A stretch of DNA of 62,176 nt, filler included, from Nemertoderma westbladi (taxonomy: Eukaryota; Animalia; Xenacoelomorpha): NCBI GenBank assembly GCA_032718475.1. It is 3 parts of 3 records of this genome, joined end to end, with 100 filler letters (N's around TTAATTAATTAA, not from the genome) between each part and the next. Parts side by side here need not be neighbours in the genome. Positions count along the whole stretch, not along the records: positions 17,249 to 47,743 come from JAUCBJ010004697.1; 2 more parts are not named here. One strand, given 5' to 3'. Every line of letters starts with the position of its first letter. The first letter of the stretch is position 1. The notes below the pieces were generated by a model, which saw only the letters and a program-made list of their open reading frames with translations, was not told the origin of the DNA and ran no database searches. Below are positions 23,601-35,600 of this stretch, piece by piece. The translations under genes and the position numbers were made by a program.

Positions 23601-26600
23601 CGCAGCGAGGCAGGTTTACAATAAGGGACATAAAACCTGAATAGTGCCATTTTCACACACTGGTCTACGTAATATGTCAAACATACTGGCATTCTGAAAT
23701 TTCCCAGGTTGCGGATAGGGATAACAATTCACACATCGCACTAATTTCGATTGTGATTTGTCTGCTTAGGCTACTGTGTATTACATTAGATGTGTTATGT
23801 ATTACATTACATTTCAATTCTGAAAACGGCTTAGAGCGATCTCTTTTAGTTCTCGAGTTATCCTGGAATATCTGTCTGGCAATCTGCCTGTCAAAAAGTA
23901 AGTAAGACAGACAGGTAGACAGGCGACCGACAGGACGGACAGACTACATTCCACCAAATATTAAAACTGACATCGGAAATGAAATCAGTACGGAGGGGAG
24001 GCCCTAAGAGGACATGAAATCCTCGTTTTTTTTTATTCTTCTTGGTATAGATTTCCGCTAACTCAATATATTGAGTTAGCGGAGATGTGTCTTCTAACTC
24101 AATATATTGAGTTAGCGAGCATGTGTCTTCCAACTCAATATATTGAGTTAGCGGGTAGCGGATGTGTCTTCCAACTCAATATATTGAGTTAGCGGGTAGC
24201 GGATGTGTCTTCTAACTCAATATATTGAGTTAGCGGACATTACATGTCCTCTTAGGGGCTCTGTACAGCGACCCCGAAAACCCCCATAAATACCATTTTA
24301 GCTCGGGTGGTGTACTTCCTTCCTGTCAGACACTATATAACCAACCAGAATCCATACAGGTAGTGTTGCGCGGGAAGGTTTGAACTTTGTAGGCGATTAT
24401 CTCTGAATGACATTTTTTCGCACGAAAAATACCACTCCTCCGCCATTTCTTAACCGTTTTATGTTGCAATTTTATTTCCATGTGAAAGGTAATTTCATAA
24501 GCGTTAATAAATTTCACGCACTTTTCTTAATATAAGGTGCGGTGCGTTCACATAACGTATGTGTATGTGTACCGTATGTAAGGGTAGAAGCGATGGAAAT
24601 TTCAATTAGTCGTTAGCCACTTTATATCCTGACATACACATACATACGTTATGTAAAGGCACCTTTATATAAATGATCCCAATTTTTTTTCACAATATTT
24701 TTACTCTCGATATTATATTTTTACGGTTCTCGATATTATATTTTTACGGTTCTCGATATTTTTACTCTCGATATTTTTACTCCCGATATTTTTCAACACT
24801 CGACATTTTTCTCTCCATATTTTTACTCTCGATATTTTTACTCTTGATACTTTTTTACTCTTAGATATTTTTCAATGCTCGATATTTTTACTCTCGATAT
24901 TTTTCAACACTAGTTATTTTTATTCTCGATATTTCTACTCTCGATATATTTACTCTCGATATTTTAACTCACGATATTTTTCAAACTTAAATTTTTTTAT
25001 AATTTTTCAAACTTTTAACTTCGCAGTTATTGGGCCTTAGATTAAGATATACGAGTGTTAGGATTAGCGCATCGCGAAGTAAAGGTGAACCTTTTCGTAG
25101 CTGTAAAATTATTGAACCTGGTCACTCCCTTAGCGGCCGACAGAGAAATTAACTATATAGAAGTCTGTCTGTGAATATAATTTCTAAACTTTTGCAGACT
25201 AATTGTGTACCAAGTTTGAGTTTCTTTTCATCAAATATTATTATTATTAGAGTTAAAACATTTCTAACGACGACGTCAGACGGGTCCAGGGTCCACTAAT
25301 TATTATACTCCTGTCAACGCTACTGCTCAGTGCTCACCTAGTGGTTCTCCCCACAATCCAGTGTATATTTTTCTCTTCCAGGTGGCTCAAACGCTGCAAT
25401 CCCTGATACTCGGTAAATCGGTGGACAATCCAGCCAATCAGACCGCCGCTAAGCTGGGATTGGAGCACTCCTCGTTGCTCATGACAACCATTCTCGAGGG
25501 TTGCTACGAGACTTCCCAACAGCAACCCTACCTGGACTACATGCAGCGGTCTACCGTCTTTATAACTCTCCCCCAACTAAAGACCCTCATTAATTTCCTG
25601 CGGTCCGTCCAACTCACATCCCCGGTCTCCATGTCGGCGAAGTTGGAGCCGCTGTTGGCCGAGTTGCCTGGGACGATAGGGAAGTCGCAGTCGGACGACC
25701 GGCTGTCCGAGTTGAGCGGCGGGAGTGGGGCGCCCCCTAGCGGGGCCGGTGGGGCAGCCTTGGACGACGTACAGGAGGATATATTGATGATTTCGTTGAG
25801 TTGTCAAGGCGGCGAGAGTTTCGAGTTGTTACCCGAATCGAAGGTGAGTATTTGCGGATTGTGCACCGTTAAACAACCATGTGCAGTTCCACAACTACGG
25901 ATTGTGCGCCGGTGCTGAACAATTTAATTTTTGTTAATTACATTTTGTGGGAATGCTTTTGGGAACCGGTGCTCAAATTTATTATTATTGTATTTATAAA
26001 ACAATGGAGAACCACCATGAAAAACCGCATCCCAATAGACAATAGCTCCGTCCAGTCCAGAGATAGTGGTTTGAATTTTATAAAAATTGTATATATTTTT
26101 TTATGATTTTACTCTTTACAGGAAACAATTTTCAAAACTGTACCAATAATTATCCCATCACATTAGTAAATGACTTTTGGCCACTTACAAAATTTCAGGT
26201 GGCTACAGGGTTTTTTTTCAAAATGTTCACTGTGAAGAGTTTCTAAACGGTTAGAAAAAATTTAGAAAATCGAATTTTGTTTAGGAAACCAAAATATTTT
26301 TCTCAATGCCCGAATGAATTGAGAAAGTGAAAAGTAGGCCATGAAATACTGCTGTATTGCTTGTTTTTTACTTAATTTTATCATACGGTAAATCCTGCAC
26401 CTAATATATCCAAATATTCAACTAATTAGGCGCCACTACTGTATTTAATGCCGCTTTGGTAAACTGAAGCGAATCTATTGGGAAGGAATACGTGTACGTA
26501 CGTACACGTACAATATCATTGGTCATGGTCACAGTAGAAAGGGCCAACAAAGAAAAAATATGATATTGGGTTAAATTCGTTTAATGTTTTTGTTGTTGAA

Positions 26601-29600
26601 ATTAAATTAAATAATTAAATGCTTATATTATGTTTCTTGTGCGTAATAAACTGGAGGGAAATTTGATTATCACAATGTATAGATAAGTCTACCGTACCGG
26701 TATGTCAAATATCACAATCCCTGACTATTCACTGATTTGTCCTATTTTTACAATAATTATCTGACATTTCAGCGCCCCTGGGTGGGAGCACCCGGGGGAA
26801 CGTCCCCCCCCCCCCCCCCCCCTTCGCTACGCCTCTGGCACTTGATCCCTTTCTACTACGTATGCGACCGACTGGTAATTGTACCTAAAACCTAATCAAC
26901 ACAACACCAGCCATTATTTTTCATAAGTTTCCTTGAAAATTGCGAAAGAGATTTTATGCTCGAATTTGTTCATGTAATCCGCCATTCTGATTCCACAAAA
27001 CAGGTTGAGAAGAAATATCAATAAGTCAAATAGGAGTTGGTAGAAATGAAGCTGATGGAGATTCAAGGATTCGATTTTGGTTAATGAACAATGAAAAATT
27101 AAATATGGCTGATGTTAAATTCTGATTCATAGGTGTTCTTATTTCAATCTCTGTGTAGCAAAATTTATAATTTTAAATTTGTTATTTTCAATATTTAGTT
27201 TTAGAAATATTTCTAAACAAGTTTAAAAAATTTAGAAATCATTATTTACTTTTATAAACCCGGGGGCGGGCGACAAGATATACTATAACTAACGTGTTAA
27301 CTCATAGAGTATGAATTATTATTACCGATAAGAATATCTAATTGTAAATGTTTTTTGTAAGTTATGGTCTGGTCTTCTAATTAGCAAATGTTTCATATCT
27401 TTAGGCCTCCTCTCTTTTTCTTTGCCTTTGTTTTCGCTCAGCATAAATTTATGCAGAAAACTGTTCAAACCGTCTTAAAATATTTTTATTTTTCAAATAG
27501 TGACGGGATTTAATTAATAATTGAATTTCATTGATCGGTTTATATTTTATCTCTTTCGTGACATCGTCGCTCTGTGTGAATCTGCATTATTTAATCAAAC
27601 AGATAAAATATAAACAAAATGGGTCGTCTATAAGGTCTCCTTCTCCTACATGGCCGGCTATTCATTTGAATTATTATCAATTAAGTACAAACATTAGTCT
27701 TCTAATCGTCATCATACTCGTAATACTCATTATTTGGATCATGAAGGACCCCCCGCCCCCCGCCCCGCCCCCTCCAAGGGTGAGGTGAGGGGGGGGGGGG
27801 GGGGGGTCCAATGTCCACAGTACATCATTATATTCGGACTAAACTTGTGGGTGGCCTCTGTCACATTAATGTAATTTAAGTGCCTCTAAATTAACTTTCC
27901 TTCAGCTACTAGCGACTGTAACTAAATTTAAACCCCCTGCCTGACCCCCTGACACCCTCTCCATGACAACCTATGGCTGTACGGTTTTTGATATTGATTG
28001 AGATGCTCCAAACAGCATTAAACACATCGAGAGAGTGCGCGCATTCTTCCAGAAGCTGGGGTGGGTGGGGCGTGAGCAATTATATACTTATCTACCACTG
28101 CTAATATAAAACGCGTTAACCCCCCCCCCCCCCCCCCCCCCCATCTCGCACACAGTGACACGTCGCTTCCATTGGTAGCCGTATTCGTTTATTTGCAATG
28201 GGCCAACCATACAATGTGTCGAGGAGTTAGTGCAGTACGGCAGCTCACCTTCGTGTTTCTTCCTTTTTATGTAAGTACATTGGGAGCGATTTGGACCATG
28301 GGCTCAACTGTTCTGGTTCTACACCTATTGGAACCGTTTTCCACTGCCCTTATCAAGACCTCCCGCCCCTTCGTAATTAATCAACATTTTTTTTTATTGT
28401 GCTTCAATAAAAAAATGATAAACTAATTTTATGTAAAGTCGAATATCAGCAATTCCGGAATACCAACAGTAACTTCATCGTTTACTTTCAGGTTCTGGAC
28501 AAACTGGATGATAAAACTTCGATTGAGTCTCCCGTCGAACCGCAGTCAGAAGCTGGGTTTCCGGAATCCGTGGCGGAAGCTGATCGGCAGTCCGACTGCT
28601 CACCCTTGGAGCGGAGGTCCGAGGGTTCGGGTGGGGGTAGTGCTGCTGGATTCCCGGACAGTGGGGTGGCATTCCCGGACACTGGAGCAGAGTTCCCGGA
28701 CCCCGGAACTGGGTTCCCGGACACCGGACCCGTGTTCCCGGACACCGGAACTGGATTCCCGGACACCGGAGCCGGGTTCCCGGATACCGGTATAGGATTC
28801 CCGGACAGCGTCGCAGCCGGGCCGGACGGCCCCAGTTCGACGACGATCGCCGCAACTCCGGCTCCGCGCGAGAAAGTGATCCGATTTTCGACGTCGGACA
28901 CCTTGCTGGATCCCATGGAAACCGGCGACTCGGAGGCTGCGGGCAGCGAGCCCGCGAGTTTCTCGCTCTGCAGTCTGGAAGACGACGAAGAGTTGGCGAG
29001 GAACTCGGAAGGTCGGAGTACGCCGCGCTCCATGGTTACCAGCGACGACGGGATCGATCCATCCGACCCCCCGGCCTCGTTCCGCCGCCCCAAAACGCAA
29101 CGCGCCGCTCCCAATAACAACATCAACGACCTACTGGGGAAGTTCGAGGTGAAAACCATGTTGGATATGAAGGAAGAGGAGAAGCGACAGCGGGGCGACG
29201 CGGACGGGATGAGCGATACGTGGAGTACCGACGTGTTAGGGAGCGATTCGGAGGCGCCCCCGGAAGAAGGAGTCCGGGAACGGCTGTCCGAGATCGTAGA
29301 GGATCCCGTGGGGGAGTACAAGCTGATGATGGACGTGGACGCCGGGCTGGGGGAGACCGCCAGCGAGACGTGGTCCGTCGATGTGGTCGCATCGGAGTGC
29401 GAACCCGATAGGATGCTCGAGGTAGGTGGACCTTGTTGGTCTAACGTCAGCCGTTTGTTGATTTAGTTTTGTAGGATTTCGTATCAGTCAGAAGAAGTAC
29501 CGTAAATAACTATTAATTAACTTAATTTTGTAAAATTTGGCGTTCTGACCCGAGCGTGATTATTATACTAGCGGTGTTATAGAAAATAATCAGGGTTATG

Positions 29601-32600
29601 ATTTGCTACTATAAAGTACGTTTGATTTTATAAACTTTTTTGCTGTTCTAGAAAAAGTTATTGTAAATAAATTATATCTAACACAGAGTGAACTGATTCA
29701 ATTTATATATCTATTAGAAAACATTAGAAACACCATTGAAAGTTGGAAGGCCCATCAAAAAGATTCATAGGTTGTACTTGAACATGAACATAGTAACATA
29801 GACAATATTCTTGTTATTAGTTGGTCATTGTAAAAACTCCAAAAAGCGCAACTTGTATCCGAAATTTAAAAGTTGGTCAAATAGGCAATGTATCTTATAC
29901 GTAAACGTTACCAATTTTATAGCACCTCGAAAATTGAGTTCATGATCTTCATTTTTATATTTTTTTTCTGAGTTGGTGTTACATTCTTGGCGATAGCTTC
30001 GCCGTAGGGAGATTATATGGTCAGGTCACATCAATTGGTTATAGAAAGCTCATGAAATTATCTTCGAATTGGCCTCGAAATTGAACCACAAAACCTAATC
30101 TACTATTACCAGTGATCCTTCAAAGTTCGGCAATATTTTATGAGAAAATCAATATTTTCAAACCCCATTCTACTATAATATAAACAGCAAAAATACAAAT
30201 GAAAATATGATTACTTGTTATTGCTAATTGTTATAACTAAAGTATGTTGTTGGGTTTATCAAGAGCTACAAAACAAGCCCAAGATTGTCGTTTTCGTTCA
30301 CGCAATCAAATGATATGAACATTTAAAGTTTTTGCTAAACTTTTGCCCGTTTAAAGTGCCAGTGACCAGTTATATTTCTGTTCAGAGGTGCAAAAATGTC
30401 AACTTTCTAAACCTCAGACAATATTTCTAGAACTGTAAATTATTGATATAAGTAGAGAAAATATTTGTTAGACGAAAAAGTGGCCGTTTTCTAAACTCGT
30501 TTCTGTTCATTCCACTAGGAGTTTAAAATTAATAAAGCAAAGATTTGTTATTTTTGTAATAATTTTACGCAGTTTTATTTGAAACTCAATACTTTTTTAA
30601 AAAATACGTCCAGAAGTAAATAATAGTAAAAGGATCGTATACATAGTAACTTAAAGTGGTTATTTTCTGGCAAACGACATTCATTGTTGTCATCATGTCA
30701 TCATTTTAATTCATGTAGAATGGGGCGATTAATTAACCAGCAATTAATAATTATAAAAAGGATTCTTTGATGTTTAGGTGGAGGCTGAAGAGTTTTCCTT
30801 CTCTGATTCAGCTACCGGGATCACCGTGGATAGCAGCCCGATCAAGTGTCAGGAGGCCTTGGAGGATCTGGTCCCACGTTCCGCGCCTCATAGGGAACGC
30901 GCTGTCGCGTCCACCGTTCCCCCTGACAATGCGTCCGATACCACCTACAGTTGCGTCAGTTCAACCTCCGACGCAACATTCAGTTCGAGGTCCGACGCTG
31001 TTCCCATAGCGACGCCCCAGCCGGTAGCAGCCACCAACGATAAACTCAACCTCTATCATTTACTGGGGGCCAAACCCAAAGTTCCGGTTGAGCCCACTAG
31101 GCGGCCTCGCGCAGCCAGCGGAATCTGCGGGGCGTTCCCGGTGATTGTCGCTAACCCGTTGCCCAGGGCGACCGCGGTACACAACCGGGAGCCAATCAGC
31201 GAGGCTCCCCGACCCGCCGACCCCTCCCAACTCGGCGACTTCGACCCGCTGCTCTCCGACTCCCCCTCACGTTGTAGGGCGGAGTCTTCTCGTAACCGTG
31301 GCAACTGGGTGCAGTTCGACGCGGATCCCCTTAGCGGCGGGATGGGAAATCTATCTGTCAACGGTTTCCCAGGCGACCAGGCCGGCGGGTATTCGCAATC
31401 GCGTGTCGCCACACCCCCTAGCGGAGTCATGACGAAACCTACGATTAAGGTGTCGGTGGAAGCCAACCAGACAGGTCAGCCACAATCGATTACAGACCAA
31501 CTGATCCAGAGTTCTACAGACCACCCCAAACCGATTACAGACCAACTGATCCAGAGTTCCACAGACCACCCCAAACCGATTACAGACCAACTGATCCAGA
31601 GTTCTACAGACCAGCCCAGACCGATTACAGACCAACTGATCCAGAGTTCCACAGACCACCCCAAACCGATTACAGACCAACTGATCCACACAGCGCGTAG
31701 ATCAACGATCGCGAGATCAGATAAGATTAGCTCCGAGGGCCGTTTGGGTGCGGAGGAAGAGGATTCTGGGAAGGACCCGTGGTGGAAACGGAAGATAAGG
31801 TAAGCGGGCAGCGGGAACTGTATCATCTGTAACACATCAGCCTAGGGCGTACCTTACTGTATTTCTGCACGTAATGCATGATATACAAACTAGTGTTTTA
31901 TCATTATGTAAATGTGTAAGTATAACACAGTTTTTGGGCAACTTTATCTCACTTTATTTCACACTGCACTGGTAAAATATAATAACATATAATTATATTA
32001 AAATAAATTTATATAGTTGTTTACTGGGCTTGTATTCTGTCATATTAATGGAAATGACAATCGGCAATCGAGAAAATCAGTACCAGTGCCTTCACAATCT
32101 TTAGGAAGGTCTGTCTAGACAACCTACTTTCCTCGGTACTGCTCAGACCTCGTCTGCTACCTGGTTTGGTTACTTGCTTGTTAGCGGAAGTACGAACTCT
32201 GGGTCTGGATCAATTGTTAGAACCATCCGAGAGATTAGCTGAAAAACCTGTTTGTTTCAAATTCGATCCTATCGAACCATCTTTCAACAGACTCCGATTT
32301 CATTATTTTATCTTATGGCACCGTAGCATTCAACATTTTACTGCTAATGATCATCGTTGCGCCATTATATCACGTGACCGCTGCTGATTTTGTGTGTCCC
32401 GATCGCATCTGTTGCCCGCAGCTGGTGAGCGTTGCGAATATTACCAACTTATGCCAAAGGAACCCATTCATTGCCCTTCATGTCACATAGCTGACCAACA
32501 CATAATCTTTGCTTGCCTACAGTTTATGCTACAATGTGAACTCCGTTAACTAAATGGGCCATGAGAGTAAAGACTGTACGTATATTCCTAACAAATATTG

Positions 32601-35600
32601 AGAAAGATGATGAAATCAACATTAGGAAATACATTCGAGCACGAACTATTTAAATGCTATTTATATTTATATACTTGCTGACTATTTACCATGGTCCTTC
32701 GGGTTTTACAATTAACATGTTCGCGTTATTTTCATTTATGTAGCGGGCATGTATTAATTTATTATAGGAAGGGATCTTGGGGTCTTAGCCTCGAATGATA
32801 AGTTTATTTTACCGAAAATAACCGAAACAATTTTAACGAAAAAATACTCCATATCTCAAGAACCTTTGGCCTAGTGGTTGTAGTCTCGGCTTCCACCTCG
32901 AGGTCCCAGGTTCGAATCCGACACCACGCTGATGAGACCCAGTAAGGTCGAAACGCGTACGTGGTTTGGAGAGATATGAGATATTAATTTCAAGAAAAAA
33001 TTACGCGATTCCTAAATTTGTACACTACCCGGTTAAAAAGTACGCATGTGATGGGATTAGTCCTACAATTGCGCCAATAAAAGATAAGTTATTTTCGGTA
33101 AAATAAACTTATCATTCGAGGCTAAGACCCCAAGATCCCTTCCTATAATAAATGTATAATAACAAACACCTCGAAAAATACAGCTTGCCAACACATTGTT
33201 ACTATCAATAATATATTAATTTAATAAACTCTATGAATATGAAAATTCTAAAACGACCAGCGGACCATATAACCACAATTCTGAAATCCGAAACCCCCCA
33301 AAACTCATGTGCAGTTTTCCATTAATCTGACAATAAAATGTGTTTCTCTGGCTATAAAGGCCTCCTGAAGTTCAAAGAATTGAATTATTTGGCTTCAGGT
33401 AGAGTTCCTGACAGCCTAGGGGCAACTTCTGTGCTTCTGACTAAGGACCCCGCGAAGCAACGGCACTATTCCTGAGCGGTGCGCTGGTCGGTGTATATAA
33501 GTACGAGCCTGAAAATGATTCTGAGAGTATTCTGACTAAGGGTGCTGTGAAGGATAGGCCCTAGGGACAAACCCCGAGCGGTGCAACCAGCAACCGGACG
33601 CAACCACCGCGGACTATACAGACAGCGCGGTCGGCGTTGAATGGAGCCACTACGAGCCTGAAAGGGACTCATGACTGAAGCCACTCTACCCTCGCCAGTC
33701 ACGACTGACACAGACCGGACAGACGGGGTATTAAAAGAGAAAACCGAAAAGCCGGGAATATAACAATAGTTAATGATGCCACAGCCACATTCCAGGGAGA
33801 ATCCTTAAACAGCCAGTTGAACACTGGGCCCAACATATACGGTACGCTGGTAGGCGTATTGTTACGATTCCGCGAGAAAAAGGTCACATTCACATGTGAC
33901 ATTAAAGCGATGTTCCATCGGTTCGGGGGGTAGAATGGGACATTCCGGATGACATATTCCTGTTCAAATATACCCACGTTAATAGACACCTGACGAAAGG
34001 GATGTCTATCCGTGAAAAGCTCAATCTTTGTTTCATCCATTTGCATTTCCATGCAATCCATTTGTTTCATTTCACCCGTAATTCTGGCCGAGATGAATCT
34101 AATCAAGGAAATGTGGATCAATGGACTAGGATGGAATCATGAGTTACCCGAGTTATCGGTATTGCGAAAAAAAAAATGGGAGGTATGGGTAAATAACTTG
34201 GAACAGTTGAAACTCACGAGAGATCCACGCCCATGTTTCCGGACAAACGACCGGGTGATATCTCTCAGCTACACATTTTCTCAAATGCGTCGAACACCGG
34301 GATAGGAGTTACTTGTCACATATCTACGGACGATCGACGAGGATGGCTAGATCGATATAAGTTTTGTATTTGCTAAAGCCAAAACATTGTCGGGAGAGTT
34401 CGTAGCAACGGTACTGAGACTGGAGATTCAAGTGACTGTATGGGCCGGTCGTCAGAACCGATTGATCCTCAGGGAGCTTCCGATCACGATCCAGTCGGAA
34501 CATTTCCGGGTAAATTCCAGCATCGTACTCTACTACCTCCACTTACAATCCCGACGACACACGACGTTTGTAGCGAACCGTGCCTCAGGGATTAAACAAT
34601 AATGCACGGACAGAGAACAGTGGCACCATGTCGCAGGAAAACAGAACCCCGTAGACATCGCTAGCTGTCGAGCTACCCCACATCAATTGTAAAATTAATA
34701 GCCAGCTTGGAAGGCAAGTTTGGAAGGGCTGGAATTCCTCAGACAAGCCCATCTAAGATAGAGTGTTTTCGGAACAAGACAGTGGGAAGTATACCGAAGA
34801 TGACAAACAGATCCGGAAAGTTAAGGGAGCAAAGACCATGGATATCTATATAGTTGTCTGACCGAGACTGCAAAGGACTCGAGCAGGTACTATACAATAC
34901 ACTGTCCAGCGCCAGTCCCTGATAATACGCCCCTACACTGAAAAAAGTAAGTGGTGGTATTTTGTTAAAAAACTGCCGGTTTGCAAGAACTACCTGGGGT
35001 TGTTTTGCAACGAAAACCACCGCAGGTTGTTTTTACAAACCGGCGGTAAATAGACATTGCCAAGAACTGGCAGTTGTGCAAACCGGGGGTTGATTATCTC
35101 TCGTAAAACCGGCGGTTCCATAACCCCCAGTTGTTTAGAACCTAAAATTGCATTGTAAAACCTCTGGTATTTTATATCGCAAGGAACTGCCGGTTCCTCA
35201 GTTTCTGGTTTAACGCAAATTCCCGGTCGAATATTTAATCGGCATTTATTAACCTATGGTTTACTGCTGGTAACTGGCGTTTCAACTATTTAAAACTGCC
35301 GGTTTTCTCAAAAAACCACAGGTAAAACGGCAACCAAATAAACCAGTTTTTACGAAACCGCCGTTTAATTAACAGTCAACTGGCGGTTTTATTTGAGAAA
35401 ACTGGCGGTAATTTTAATAAACTGAGGCTTTAATTTATTTATAACCTATGGTTATAAAAGAAAAACCCACGGTTAAAACGTACTAACCTGTGGTTATAAA
35501 GAGCAAAAAAAACCTATAAACCTGAAAATAATGTTTGGTTAGGAGCACAGGACATGTACGGCACACATGAAGCTCAATGTTACAACATGGATATATTGGG

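Larger units (their letters stand above)
32757..33153 (+). mobile_element. ~400-bp element with perfect ~65-bp inverted ends enclosing a tRNA-derived head and a hammerhead ribozyme (retrozyme/SINE-like)
   Basis: ATTTATTATAGGAAGGGATCTTGGGGTCTTAGCCTCGAATGATAAGTTTATTTTACCGAAAATAAC has an exact inverted copy at 33088-33153. Confidence 0.85.

Noticed and set aside
28475-29392. Antisense/overlapping ORFs on GAPVD1 exons and on the 60578-62176 ORF
   Set aside because: Shadows of GC-rich coding sequence with no independent motifs.
32692-32701. TGGTCCTTCG as a Bel/Pao primer-binding site
   Set aside because: Only a 10-nt match, with no recognisable LTR or gag adjacent.
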